IMG/VR virus record: IMGVR_UViG_3300013004_000034
Source: a virus
Lineage: Duplodnaviria > Heunggongvirae > Uroviricota > Caudoviricetes
DNA length: 64,000 bases
Direction: 5' to 3' (one strand)
In this document: positions 6,423 through 14,577 of the stretch, in pieces
Layout of the letters: every line of letters begins with the position of its first letter
Position numbering within the stretch: the stretch's first letter is position 1
Program-made: the position numbers and the translations under genes
The notes under the pieces: generated by a model
Database searches by the model: none
What the model saw: the letters and a program-made list of their open reading frames with translations, nothing else
Told to the model about the DNA's origin: nothing

Positions 6423-6468
6423 GGTAGTTTTATTACAAATTTGTAATCCGTTAACAGCCTATACCAAC

Positions 6469-6903
6469 TTACCTGACAGCCCGCGGTTGCATCTGCTGCT
6501 GGATCTGCTGAGTCTGCTGCTGGATCCAAGTTTGAAGAAGATTAATGGACGGATCAACTACATCCTGTACACGCTGGTGAGTCATGACTCGTTCGCCAAT
6601 TTCAGAAGCGGCAATTAGCAGCACGGTCTGACGGTTTGGAATTAGTGAAGTGGTAATACCTACAATTGTCATAGCAGCAAAAAATGCACATGAAAGCTTA
6701 AATGCCGCTACCTTTCGCTTTCGCCGAAGTGTTAGAATCGGTTCACTGAGTGGCCTAAAATCAGGCTGTTCATCCATATGGACAAAAGCAACAATAACAG
6801 CACCAATTGTTGCAATAGCAAAGAGAATCGTTATAAAAACCAGAAAGCCTGAAAGACTTTCTGCAACATTAGCGGCATAAATCAGCCAAGAAAGCGAATT
6901 CAT
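6469..6903 (-). CDS. small membrane protein (possible NfeD-like partner of the SPFH protein)
   Basis: Hydrophobic N-terminal helices (LVFITILFAIATIGAVIVAFV), and it lies immediately downstream of the SPFH gene. Confidence 0.35.
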   Translation of the reverse strand: MNSLSWLIYAANVAESLSGFLVFITILFAIATIGAVIVAFVHMDEQPDFRPLSEPILTLRRKRKVAAFKLSCAFFAAMTIVGITTSLIPNRQTVLLIAASEIGERVMTHQRVQDVVDPSINLLQTWIQQQTQQIQQQMQPRAVR

Positions 6904-7728
6904 TTAGCGAGTCCCCGGAAGGTTAATGAATGGCACACCATTTGTAGCAGCGGGCAGCTGTCCGTTCCACTTCTGCGCAGCCATGTACTGAACAAGCTCA
7001 GGTGTAATGCTCAGCGCAATGATGCGGTTAGCTGCAGCCTGTCCATCAGCCTCAATCCGCTGGCGCTCGGCTTCCTGACGTGCAGTCTCTACCTGCTGTC
7101 GGCGCTGTTCAGTTTCCTGACTTGCAGTGATACGGCGATTGATAGCTGCTTCGGTTTCTGCTGCCAGTCGGAATCGGCCCACAGCATATACGTTGTCGAC
7201 AATAATGCCGTGTGGGGCCATACGCTCCTTAACCGTCTTGAGTACTTCATCCATAAATGCATTCTTACCTTCACCAATCAGATCCTCGATGCGGCGAGTA
7301 CTAGCGGCACTGGTAAGTGCATCACGGACTTCATTGCGAAGAGTCTGTCGAGTAATCTCGATTGCACCCATACGATATCGGGCAAAGATGTCCGGAATAC
7401 GATCTCGCTGAAAGCTATATTGAATGCCAAAGTCGCTGTTGATATTAGCACCCTCGCGGCTCTGAAAGTCAATGGCTTCGTCGGTAGGACTCTGCGGAGT
7501 GATTGCCTTTGTCCATACATAGTTTTGCACGAACGTGGGGAATGTGTAGAGCCGCTCAGTGAAACCAATCCAGTGACGACCAGGCTCAAGCAGAGCACGC
7601 TGCACACCTCGCTCACCACCAGCAGTAGTGACCTTAACACCTACGGTGCCAGGCTCAATATAGTCACATGCTGCAGTGGTCGACAGAACCAGAGCACTAA
7701 TAGCAAAGGTCTTAGCAATCTTATTCAT
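6904..7728 (-). CDS. SPFH/band-7 (prohibitin/HflC-like) domain lipoprotein
   Basis: Signal peptide with a Cys (LSTTAAC), then an SPFH-like core and an alanine/glutamate-rich coiled tail (ETEQRRQQVETARQEAERQRIEADGQAAANRI). Confidence 0.45.
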   Translation of the reverse strand: MNKIAKTFAISALVLSTTAACDYIEPGTVGVKVTTAGGERGVQRALLEPGRHWIGFTERLYTFPTFVQNYVWTKAITPQSPTDEAIDFQSREGANINSDFGIQYSFQRDRIPDIFARYRMGAIEITRQTLRNEVRDALTSAASTRRIEDLIGEGKNAFMDEVLKTVKERMAPHGIIVDNVYAVGRFRLAAETEAAINRRITASQETEQRRQQVETARQEAERQRIEADGQAAANRIIALSITPELVQYMAAQKWNGQLPAATNGVPFINLPGTR

Positions 7729-7729
7729 A

Positions 7730-7993
7730 TCAATTCTTCTCCATGATGCGGTTGATATACTTTATGAGGGAAGCAAGCTGCGCATAGAGCGTCAGGGTTA
7801 CAAAAAGGATAGCAAAAGGCAATGCTATAAAGACAAGTTCACTCTCAAGTGAAAATACCTTTGGAACATACACCATAACTAGGATGGCAGTCACACAGAT
7901 GCCTGTAATTCGCGTTACAAAATTGGCAACTGTACTAAACTTTGGAGTCATTCTTATTCCTCTTCTGCAATAAGTCGGATAATGTGACGGCAC
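7730..7993 (-). CDS. small membrane protein
   Basis: 87 aa with two hydrophobic helices. Confidence 0.3.
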   Translation of the reverse strand: MPSHYPTYCRRGIRMTPKFSTVANFVTRITGICVTAILVMVYVPKVFSLESELVFIALPFAILFVTLTLYAQLASLIKYINRIMEKN

Positions 7994-8021
7994 TTGTTAA
8001 ACTTTCGTAATCCGGTATACA

Positions 8022-8234
8022 CTATTCTTCGTTTTTGGAACTGAAATTTTCAAACATGTTTTCAATGGCTTCGTACGTATGCTCTTCAAGCACACCCGGA
8101 GCTACACCCTTGTTGATATAGTAGCTAATCAAAAGCTCGAGCTCGATAACAAAGGACTGTTCCAGAGTAGCTTCCATGTTCATACCTTTCCCTTTTGATG
8201 ATGTCATTATAACAAATTCAGGGGGGGCTGTCAA
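8022..8234 (-). CDS. hypothetical protein
   Basis: 70-aa ORF directly downstream of the promoter at 8206..8234. Confidence 0.3.
   Translation of the reverse strand: MTAPPEFVIMTSSKGKGMNMEATLEQSFVIELELLISYYINKGVAPGVLEEHTYEAIENMFENFSSKNEE
8206..8234 (-). promoter_or_regulatory. consensus sigma70-type early promoter with an upstream palindrome
   Basis: Minus strand reads TTGACA-17-TATAAT. The palindrome ATTACAAATTTGTAAT lies at 8245..8260. Confidence 0.6.
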
Positions 8235-8272
8235 CTGGAGTTTTATTACAAATTTGTAATCTTAGGCAAGGC

Positions 8273-8548
8273 TCAGAGCATGTCAAGCAGGCGGCCATGA
8301 CCGTCAACTGCCCGAATCCGGTGGTTCGGGAACTGCCGTTGGGCATTCTGCAGTGCCATGTTCATGCTGAAGCCATCGTTGGCAATGCCGGTATAAACGC
8401 CTGCAGGAAACCAGGTTCCACCATGTGGCGACTGAGCTTGGATGTTTACGATGCGGCTCTTATGGTCATTGTCTGCATTTGCATTGGCTGCATGATTGGC
8501 CGCCAAGCTATTAACAAAGGCGTTACCAAAGATCTTCAGAAAATCCAT
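8273..8548 (-). CDS. hypothetical protein (GC-rich island)
   Basis: 91-aa ORF with markedly higher GC than the flanking phage genes. Confidence 0.35.
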   Translation of the reverse strand: MDFLKIFGNAFVNSLAANHAANANADNDHKSRIVNIQAQSPHGGTWFPAGVYTGIANDGFSMNMALQNAQRQFPNHRIRAVDGHGRLLDML

Positions 8549-8571
8549 GTCATGGATCCTTTTTGGTTGAC

Positions 8572-8844
8572 TTAGTAGTAATGTCGACGGGTGTCGTCGG
8601 TGTCAATAAAATTGCACCGGTATTTGGCCAAATACCGGAAGCCACGGTAGTTCCCAGTGGAATGCAGGACATCACACAAAATGGCATTCATAGCTTCCCG
8701 ACCTTCCCGGCCGCAAGTGCTGGTGGCCAGTGCCTTGTTGACCGTGTCCCTCAGATAGTCCACCGAAACCGTCTTCCGAGCCATGGCTTTGGCATCCTCT
8801 GTTGATAGTTTCTTTATATCACAATCAGCTATTAAAGTCACCAA
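8572..8844 (-). CDS. hypothetical protein (GC-rich island)
   Basis: 90-aa ORF with an upstream degenerate copy of the palindrome (TTGTATCAGTTTGTAACA). Confidence 0.35.
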   Translation of the reverse strand: MVTLIADCDIKKLSTEDAKAMARKTVSVDYLRDTVNKALATSTCGREGREAMNAILCDVLHSTGNYRGFRYLAKYRCNFIDTDDTRRHYY

Positions 8845-8854
8845 GAGTTTTGTA

Positions 8855-9301
8855 TCAGTTTGTAACAGGGATCCGTTCGGCTTTCAGCTCACACCTAACC
8901 GTGTGCCGACACTTGCGGTGGAACTGCCACCCAGTACAAGTGCAAGACCAGACTCGAGTCTGACCATTGAGATGGACGGTATACACTTCACCGGTCTTAG
9001 ACGAAGTCACATTGTATACTCTATCCTTAGCCTTGACCTTAGACTTGAGTGGCGCATCATTGACTGACAGAATCCGATGCTCAGGAATGTAGTTGAGAAC
9101 TTTGGACTCTGAGTTAAGAAGACAGAAGTGAGGGCCCTTGAGCCAGGCAGGCGCCACGACCACAGTACCACGGAGTACATCAGACTTTCGGGCCCTATGC
9201 AGGGAGTCATAGGCAAAGTACTGCAGCGTATGGCTCATGTCAATAGTAACCTCTACCATGGATCCTACCGGATAATCCATCATAGTATCCTTATTTGTCA
9301 C
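8855..9301 (-). CDS. SWIM zinc-finger protein
   Basis: The C-terminus SCTCTGWQFHRKCRH fits the CxCx(n)CxH SWIM signature. Confidence 0.4.
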   Translation of the reverse strand: MTNKDTMMDYPVGSMVEVTIDMSHTLQYFAYDSLHRARKSDVLRGTVVVAPAWLKGPHFCLLNSESKVLNYIPEHRILSVNDAPLKSKVKAKDRVYNVTSSKTGEVYTVHLNGQTRVWSCTCTGWQFHRKCRHTVRCELKAERIPVTN

Positions 9302-9306
9302 TACCT

Positions 9307-9335
9307 ATTATATACGGCTCCGAGCCAAAAGTCAC
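9307..9335 (-). promoter_or_regulatory. sigma70-type promoter (GTGACT-17-TATAAT) for the 8855..9301 operon
   Basis: On the minus strand, with the palindrome-like TTGTAACAGATTGTAAC upstream. Confidence 0.4.
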
Positions 9336-9624
9336 CACTAGTTTTGTAACAGATTGTAACCGTCATTCCAGGTCCATAGGGCTAGAGAACGGTAAAGAAT
9401 AAAAACTTAATTAGATCAATGGTTTAGCCAAACTCATCGCTATAGTAAAACCTAATTAAATCAATGGTTTAGTCAAGAAGTTCAGCTACCAACGATCTAA
9501 GTTGCTCTAATGGTAAGTAAACCCACTAAGGTTGCTTAGATCGCTGGTAGCTGATTGCAAAAAAGTTCAAAAAGTTTGTCCAATAAGCTCAATGTGTTAG
9601 ATCTAAGTTGTTGATCTAATTGGG

Positions 9625-9653
9625 TTGACAAACATCCTAGGATCGGTTATAAT
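9625..9653 (+). promoter_or_regulatory. consensus promoter TTGACA-17-TATAAT plus the shared leader CCACTCATCAACCAAGGGA
   Basis: Plus strand. This is the first of three near-identical promoter-leader cassettes. Confidence 0.65.
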
Positions 9654-9680
9654 CCACTCATCAACCAAGGGATTGCCCAC

Positions 9681-9923
9681 ATGACCCGAGCCCGCCTGGA
9701 TCTTTCCCGGAACCTCACGGAAAAGCGGGTTCCCGCTGAACTCCAAGGTCATGCGGCTTACCGTCTGGTCATCTGGGTAGTCGATCAGGATACGGGCTCT
9801 AAGTCTGTATACGATATCTATGAAGGGGTCGGCAAGTTTGCCATCTACCTGTTCAACCGCCAGCGGACCTCTTGGGCCAATGACAGCCTCCTGGTTGATC
9901 TGGAGCCTGCCGTCTACGTCTAA
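9681..9923 (+). CDS. hypothetical protein (GC-rich cassette gene 1)
   Basis: 80-aa ORF about 12 nt after the leader AAGGGA, with GC near 60%. Confidence 0.45.
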   Translation: MTRARLDLSRNLTEKRVPAELQGHAAYRLVIWVVDQDTGSKSVYDIYEGVGKFAIYLFNRQRTSWANDSLLVDLEPAVYV

Positions 9924-9984
9924 CTTTGCTATTGACTTTCATTCCTAGTTTGGTTATAGTGTACCTTCCAAAAGGAGAGATAAA

Positions 9985-10143
9985 GTGACCCTTACGGCAT
10001 ACAAGAACGGAAAGCTGGCCTTCGTCTGGGGCCTGGACAACAAGGCCTCGGCCATGCGGGAGGCCCTTCGCTGGCTCCGCATGGGTCGTGGCCGGGCAGC
10101 CGAGATCAGCATCGGTGACGCGGTCATCTGGTACCGAGGCTGA
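9985..10143 (+). CDS. small ORF with a GTG start (52 aa)
   Basis: The RBS AAAGGAGAG sits 8 nt upstream of GTG, giving VTLTAYKNGKLAFVWGLDNKASAMREALRWLRMGRGRAAEISIGDAVIWYRG. Confidence 0.3.
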   Translation: MTLTAYKNGKLAFVWGLDNKASAMREALRWLRMGRGRAAEISIGDAVIWYRG

Positions 10144-10173
10144 TCGGATTACAAATTTGTAATAAAACTCCAG

Positions 10174-10202
10174 TTGACTTGACCTGGTGGATCGGTTATA
10201 AT
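10174..10202 (+). promoter_or_regulatory. promoter TTGACT-17-TATAAT with the shared leader
   Basis: Preceded by the palindrome ATTACAAATTTGTAAT at 10148..10163. Confidence 0.6.
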
Positions 10203-10230
10203 CCACTCATCAAAAGGAAAGGGTACAAAC

Positions 10231-10437
10231 ATGGAACTTTTTGTGGTTGACCACGGTGACTCCTACGAACGGTATACCATCGGTGTCGCTCGCTCGCTGG
10301 ATGAAGCTCGGGACATGGCTCGGGCCTACCTGGCTGCTCTGCGCCATCCCGCTTCGTCGATTGACTTTTTCGGTGTGACCCGCTTCGAAGCGGGTGTGGC
10401 GGGTGATTCTGATCATGAAGCACTCACCCTGGGTTAA
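10231..10437 (+). CDS. hypothetical protein (GC-rich cassette gene 2)
   Basis: 68-aa ORF after the leader CCACTCATCAAAAGGAAAGG. Confidence 0.45.
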   Translation: MELFVVDHGDSYERYTIGVARSLDEARDMARAYLAALRHPASSIDFFGVTRFEAGVAGDSDHEALTLG

Positions 10438-10458
10438 CGATTTGTAATAAATATCTGG

Positions 10459-10487
10459 TTGACAGCTCGCCCCAGATAGGTTATAAT
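10459..10487 (+). promoter_or_regulatory. consensus promoter TTGACA-17-TATAAT with the shared leader
   Basis: Third copy of the cassette. Upstream is TTTGTAATAAA, a half palindrome. Confidence 0.65.
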
Positions 10488-10505
10488 CCACTCATCAACC
10501 AAGGG

Positions 10506-10994
10506 ATGACCTACATGACTAACATCATCAAGCAGACCACCCGCGAAGGTCTCTATGTTTCGGATATCATCGGCGCCCGCTATCAGGTCCTTGAGTCCGA
10601 TGTTTTCCACGGGTCATACTTTGTATACGATCTGGTCAAGGACGATCTACTCCGCTCTCGGGATGGCAGCTGCAAGTACTTTGATGATGTGGCATCGGCC
10701 ATGGCGGTGGCCGATGGTGCGGCACCTGCCGAGGTTTCCAAGACTTCGAAGGCGCTGAAGGCTCCCAAGGGTTCGAAGGAACCGAAGGAACCGAAGGTGG
10801 CCGAGCCCAAGTCGACCGAACCGAAGGTCAAGAAGCCGTCGGCCAACTCGATGATCATCGACCTCATCAAGACCACCAAGCTCTCCGATGACGAGATCTC
10901 GGCGGAAATTGTGAAGCTCTTCCCCGACTGCAAGACCTGCAAGCCCTACGACGTGAAGTACCGCCGCCGTAAGGTTGACGCGGGTGAGATCTAA
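10506..10994 (+). CDS. basic protein with K/P/E-rich repeats (histone-H1-like tail); possible nucleoid-binding factor
   Basis: The repeat run KALKAPKGSKEPKEPKVAEPKSTEPKVKKP is flanked by globular N- and C-terminal parts. Confidence 0.4.
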   Translation: MTYMTNIIKQTTREGLYVSDIIGARYQVLESDVFHGSYFVYDLVKDDLLRSRDGSCKYFDDVASAMAVADGAAPAEVSKTSKALKAPKGSKEPKEPKVAEPKSTEPKVKKPSANSMIIDLIKTTKLSDDEISAEIVKLFPDCKTCKPYDVKYRRRKVDAGEI

Positions 10995-11028
10995 GACTAA
11001 GTCTTAACTCAACTAACGGGAGGTTGAT

Positions 11029-11301
11029 ATGCTTATTGTTTCTACCAGCATGTTCGATTACGACCGTAAGACCAAGACTTTTTATACGGATGCATCCACA
11101 CTTGAGGCCAACAACCGCCCGCGCCCCCTTGACTTGGAAGGCGGTCGGTGGTGCATGCGTCTCCGGTCGCATAAGACCGGAATTGTTGTGAAATTTGTTC
11201 ATACCAACGAAATTAGAGATAGTGAAGGTGAACTTATGGCAGTTGTTTTTAAGGGTACTGATAGCCACAGCGATCTAAGTCTAAGTATTTTGAATGACTA
11301 A
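11029..11301 (+). CDS. hypothetical protein
   Basis: 90-aa ORF in the plus-strand operon. Confidence 0.35.
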   Translation: MLIVSTSMFDYDRKTKTFYTDASTLEANNRPRPLDLEGGRWCMRLRSHKTGIVVKFVHTNEIRDSEGELMAVVFKGTDSHSDLSLSILND

Positions 11302-11855
11302 TGCTTATAACCTTAGTAGACGTTCCGAGTAAATTTGATACGTGTGAGCTATTCAACGCCATAGTTTTTTATGGCGAAAAGCTCATGAGCAAGCGTATGC
11401 TTGCTGGAATAGATTTAAACATTGTATTTGTACCCAGACTTGAAAAGGACTATATTATAGTTGCTGATTGCGAGTGGGCAGATGATAGTGTTCGCCCACG
11501 CGAATTCGCAGTACGTCTTGATGCCGACATGGGCAAGAGGAAAATGCTTATTGCACTTGCTCACGAAATGGTTCATATCAAGCAGTATGCTAAAGGTGAA
11601 ATGCGCGATATGATGAAGCAGAACCACACTAAATGGTTTCGCGAAACGATAGATACAGATAAAGCTGACTACTGGGATTTGCCGTGGGAAATAGAAGCAT
11701 ATGGCCGAGAAACAGGTCTCTATATAAGATTTAAACGTTATTGGTGGAAGGATGCAAAAAATGCAAAAGCAGCCTACAAAGCGCAACCCGATTGCGCGGG
11801 CTCTTCGCACACCTTTATTCTCAAAAAGGGTTGTGAAGAGCAAAAAGACTTATAA
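11301..11855 (+). CDS. putative zinc metallopeptidase (HExxH)
   Basis: The sequence ALAHEMVHIKQ contains an HExxH motif. This is SprT/ImmA-like by size. Confidence 0.35.
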   Translation: MLITLVDVPSKFDTCELFNAIVFYGEKLMSKRMLAGIDLNIVFVPRLEKDYIIVADCEWADDSVRPREFAVRLDADMGKRKMLIALAHEMVHIKQYAKGEMRDMMKQNHTKWFRETIDTDKADYWDLPWEIEAYGRETGLYIRFKRYWWKDAKNAKAAYKAQPDCAGSSHTFILKKGCEEQKDL

Positions 11856-11909
11856 CCGAAAACAAAAGAGGTCAGATCCACTAAGGACTGACCTCTTTCA
11901 GTATGTAGT

Positions 11910-12278
11910 CTAAGGCGCATCTACCATTAGGTATTGCGCTTTTTTGTTTATCTGGTGATTATTGGCCTCGAGTACAGCGCGAGCTTTTTCCAGCTGTAAG
12001 ACACACTTACGAATGGTATCCCTCACAACTGCATCATTAGTATCGTCTTCCAGGTCAAGTAAAGCCGCTTGTAAATTTGCATCAACTGATTTATCTATAA
12101 TCATAGTAAGCCCGTCCATTTCCTTTTCTTCCGGTTCCGGAAATAGAAGTTCTGTAACTTCTTGTAGAGCCGAATCTCTAAGTATTACAGGCTTTGGATA
12201 AAATTTATTCATAATATATTGTTTAATCACTGGTCTAGCTTCTTCTTTCCTATGGTGTACTTGGATTCTAGAATCCAT
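11910..12278 (-). CDS. hypothetical protein
   Basis: 122-aa ORF downstream of regA. Confidence 0.3.
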   Translation of the reverse strand: MDSRIQVHHRKEEARPVIKQYIMNKFYPKPVILRDSALQEVTELLFPEPEEKEMDGLTMIIDKSVDANLQAALLDLEDDTNDAVVRDTIRKCVLQLEKARAVLEANNHQINKKAQYLMVDAP

Positions 12279-12643
12279 TCCTTCTTTTCTTTAAAGGGAA
12301 TGATCTTAATGCTGGAAATTTTAGCCTTAGGCTCTTGATACTTATCAGCTGATACTATAAGCAGCAGTCCCCATTCCTCTAGAAGATGAGCAATGGCATT
12401 GCGCCTACTCATATCTTCCTCGGTAAAGTCGGACTGCTTGCCATCTAGCAAGAAAAGCTCTTTAAAGTGTACTAGGTAGTACTTTCCACGCTTGTGTAGA
12501 ATATGACAGGATTGGTATAGCTTCTTTTCTTTTCTAGAAGCTATACCAATCCGTGTCAAGGTTTCCTTCACCTTGAGGAAGTCCTCATTATTGGTTAGTT
12601 GTATCTCTAAGAAGGTGTCGGTCAAGCTCATGGTAGTACCCAT
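12227..12643 (-). CDS. regA: RegA translational repressor
   Basis: Strong similarity to T4 RegA as I recall it: EDFLKVKETLTR.GIA...K.LYQSCHIL.K.G.YY.VHFKE. Confidence 0.75.
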   Translation of the reverse strand: MGTTMSLTDTFLEIQLTNNEDFLKVKETLTRIGIASRKEKKLYQSCHILHKRGKYYLVHFKELFLLDGKQSDFTEEDMSRRNAIAHLLEEWGLLLIVSADKYQEPKAKISSIKIIPFKEKKEWILESKYTIGKKKLDQ

Positions 12644-12658
12644 ATTGTTTTTACTTAT

Positions 12659-13186
12659 TTATTTTTTAGCATTCTTTGTGTCGGGGTATACATAGCGCTC
12701 AAGAAAGTCTTTCTTTTGATCATCAGACAGGACAGACCAGAATTGCTTGGTCCTCTTTAGATTAAACTGTGTAACTCCTGCCACATCTTTAAGAGTCTTA
12801 AGTTCCTTCTTTTCAGATTCAGACCGCTTAAGCCATCCTCCCTGCTTCCATCGCTTACGTTTTTTCACGCTATAAAACAAATAGTCGTGCTGCATACGCT
12901 TATCTAGATGATAGTTCATATTCAAGAACTCACCCGCCACAAACGTATCAGTAAAAATTGTCATGGCACGATTGAGTGTGTAAGGATCATATTCGGAAGC
13001 AGTATCATCAGCATAGAGATACTGCTTACCAAAGTTAATATCATTTACATAGTCAAAGACATTAAACTTCTTTTCTACTTCGACATCAACTGTAACCGCC
13101 TTCACCCTACCAAAGAGGGTGGAGACAGCACCAGTATCAGCAACAACTTCCTTCTTTGGAATTACCTTCTTTTTCACTTTTCCCAC
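12659..13186 (-). CDS. 62: clamp-loader small subunit (gp62-like)
   Basis: Assigned by synteny between regA and gp44, and by size (175 aa). Confidence 0.45.
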   Translation of the reverse strand: MGKVKKKVIPKKEVVADTGAVSTLFGRVKAVTVDVEVEKKFNVFDYVNDINFGKQYLYADDTASEYDPYTLNRAMTIFTDTFVAGEFLNMNYHLDKRMQHDYLFYSVKKRKRWKQGGWLKRSESEKKELKTLKDVAGVTQFNLKRTKQFWSVLSDDQKKDFLERYVYPDTKNAKK

Positions 13187-14115
13187 TCACAGCGCATCAT
13201 CACCTCCACAAAGAAAGCAATGAGATTGATCTCATGATCAGCCACAAAGGCCGCCTTGTATTGATAGTCAGCAATGATTACCACAAGTTCCGGGATGGAC
13301 TTCTTGTCAACAAGTTCAAATGCCCCTTCGTAGATCGATCGGAATACGTTGACCTGCTCTTGATCCGAATTGTCATGCACCCACTTCCGGATGGCATCAA
13401 AGTCCTTCTTCTTACATGCCTCAAGCACCTGACGGACAGTAAGATCCTGGAAGTTGGTAAGAATACCAGAGTCGATTGCACCACTGGCGCTATAGCGCTG
13501 AAGCTCATTAAGAACTCGACGCCAGTCAGGGAAGTGCTTCTGGATAACAGTACCGACAACAGTACGGTCGTACTTGACCTGTTCCTTCTCTAGAATAGTC
13601 TCGGTGCGCTTGAAGAACTGAGAGGCAAGCTTGGGCTTGCAACCCTTAGGAACCACAAAGTCGATTACAGAGCACCGAGAGTGAAGCGGCTTGATGATAC
13701 GATTCTTGTAATTGCAAGTCAGAATGAAGCCGCAGTTCTTAGAAAACTCTTCCATAAAGTTACGAAGAGCCGGCTGGGTAGAATTCTGATTGAGGTAATC
13801 GGCCTCGTCAAGAATTACATACTTGCGGCCACCCTGAAGAGAGACCGACGATGCAAAGGTGAGAATCTCATTTCGAAGGGTATCGATGTTACCATTCATT
13901 GAGCCGTTGATCACAATGTAGTCACAGTCAAGCTCTTCAAGCATGGCACGTGCCACAGTTGTCTTGCCGACACCCGCACTACCAGACAGCAGCAAGTTAG
14001 GAATATTCTTTTGATCGACAAACGTCTGGAAAATTGTCTTAAGTTCAACAGGCAGAATAGTATCACTAATATTCTTAGGGCGATATTTTTCACACCACAA
14101 AAATTGCTCGAGCAT
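13174..14115 (-). CDS. 44: clamp-loader ATPase (gp44-like)
   Basis: Walker A GSAGVGKTT, an SRC-type motif, and overall similarity to T4 gp44. Confidence 0.8.
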   Translation of the reverse strand: MLEQFLWCEKYRPKNISDTILPVELKTIFQTFVDQKNIPNLLLSGSAGVGKTTVARAMLEELDCDYIVINGSMNGNIDTLRNEILTFASSVSLQGGRKYVILDEADYLNQNSTQPALRNFMEEFSKNCGFILTCNYKNRIIKPLHSRCSVIDFVVPKGCKPKLASQFFKRTETILEKEQVKYDRTVVGTVIQKHFPDWRRVLNELQRYSASGAIDSGILTNFQDLTVRQVLEACKKKDFDAIRKWVHDNSDQEQVNVFRSIYEGAFELVDKKSIPELVVIIADYQYKAAFVADHEINLIAFFVEVMMRCEWEK

Positions 14116-14117
14116 GT

Positions 14118-14513
14118 TCAGCCCTCAATCTTAATGATACGGTGGCACTGAAGAACGGTAGTACCATAAGGCTCTACTGGCAGAGTTACGGTTTCGTCAT
14201 ATTCATACGATGCCTCAACCGGCATATATTTCCTCGTTTCATAGTCATACTTCTGATGCATATAAGTGTAAGTCAGCTTATTGCCAGTAAGTTCGGTCTT
14301 AGTATCCTCCATAATGCCCTGAACTCGAGTTAGCACAACGTCACCCTTCTCATTCTTGTAAACACCATCAAACCAGCCCTTGCCCATATGGACACTCCAG
14401 CCGTGAGTGATGTATGCAACTCGGTCACCGGGATTGATGGTCTGACCGATCGAGTTGGTAAACGGCGCGGCCACAAACGTATTGATAGTCTTACCCATGT
14501 CACATATCTCCAT
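14118..14513 (-). CDS. hypothetical protein
   Basis: 131-aa ORF between genes 45 and 44. Confidence 0.3.
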   Translation of the reverse strand: MEICDMGKTINTFVAAPFTNSIGQTINPGDRVAYITHGWSVHMGKGWFDGVYKNEKGDVVLTRVQGIMEDTKTELTGNKLTYTYMHQKYDYETRKYMPVEASYEYDETVTLPVEPYGTTVLQCHRIIKIEG

Positions 14514-14536
14514 TATAAAGAAGGGGAAGTAGTATC

Positions 14537-14566
14537 ATTATACCACCTCCCCTCGATGTTTGTCAA
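14537..14566 (-). promoter_or_regulatory. sigma70-type promoter (TTGACA-18-TATAAT)
   Basis: Minus strand, upstream of 14118..14513. Confidence 0.4.
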
Positions 14567-14577
14567 CTAATAAAACT

